Shown here one piece after another: positions 63,624-64,000 of a stretch of 64,000 bases of DNA. The stretch is taken from the NCBI RefSeq assembly GCF_006345805.1, contig NC_043007.1:44330001-44394000 (forward strand), written 5' to 3'. Within the stretch, counting starts at the first letter, position 1, and the number at the start of each line of letters is the position of its first letter. This DNA comes from Octopus sinensis. Taxonomy: Eukaryota. The notes beneath the pieces were generated by a model that saw only the letters and a list, made by a program, of their open reading frames with translations, was not told the origin of the DNA and searched no databases. The translations under genes and the position numbers were made by a program.

Positions 63624-63703
63624 GTGAGAGCAAGGGGTGTGGAGATGTTGTGTGACCAAAACTAAAATTCTGAATATTTTAAAGAATACTGGGTGTATTT
63701 TTG

Positions 63704-63999
63704 GGGGGCGAGACAAAAAATACCTAGAAGCATGTATGTGTGTACTGGCCTATGTGTGCGCGGCCGTATGTTGGTAAAAGGCGCTACTTAATGGTCACTG
63801 CTGAAAAATTCGTCCACAATATTCTAGTAAAAATAAATAAGTAAATAAGTGGAAATCAAACGTACACAAAAAATATTTTCTGCCGCCTGATGAATTTTTC
63901 AGCAGTGACCATTAAGTAGCGCCTTTTACCAACATGCGGCCGCGCACACATAGGCCAGTACACACATACATGCTTCTAGGTATTTTTTGTCTCGCCCCC
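63704..63999. mobile_element. MITE/foldback-like element: 108-bp inverted repeats around an 80-nt spacer (may extend past the window end)
   Basis: 63704-63811 is the reverse complement of 63892-63999 with one mismatch (63767). Confidence 0.75.
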
Positions 64000-64000
64000 A

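Noticed and set aside
63340-63633. 97-aa minus-strand ORF
   Set aside because: No recognisable motif; the region looks more like non-coding promoter or 5' exon sequence.

Overview
AT-rich eukaryotic genomic DNA, most likely from an octopus-type coleoid cephalopod (inferred from dense (AT)n/(CAT)n microsatellites, tRNA-headed SINE families and RTE/CR1/Penelope/R4 retroelements). There is one 100-N scaffold gap at 15642-15741. Most of the window is transposon debris and simple repeats, and most supplied ORFs are low-complexity artefacts. One host gene can be assembled by hand on the + strand from 12 coding exons (40441-61671), all with GT-AG boundaries. Its predicted product is ~991 aa: an N-terminal macro-like domain, three tandem TIR domains that each keep the catalytic-position Glu, an acidic E/K/N-rich disordered tail, and a polybasic + CaaX (CIIL*) terminus. 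Splice phases agree throughout only if one base is restored in a C run in exon 6 (49055-49057), so this copy has either an assembly error or a real frameshift. A macro domain fused to TIR domains recalls bacterial Thoeris-type TIR/ADP-ribose signalling and is the best candidate for an undescribed system. Other points of interest are a DD36E-spaced Tc1 transposon, Penelope-type hammerhead ribozyme relics, a PHD finger inside the RTE reverse transcriptase, a 108-bp inverted repeat and a triplicated chimeric repeat. Repeat family names come from recognised motifs only; no database search was run.
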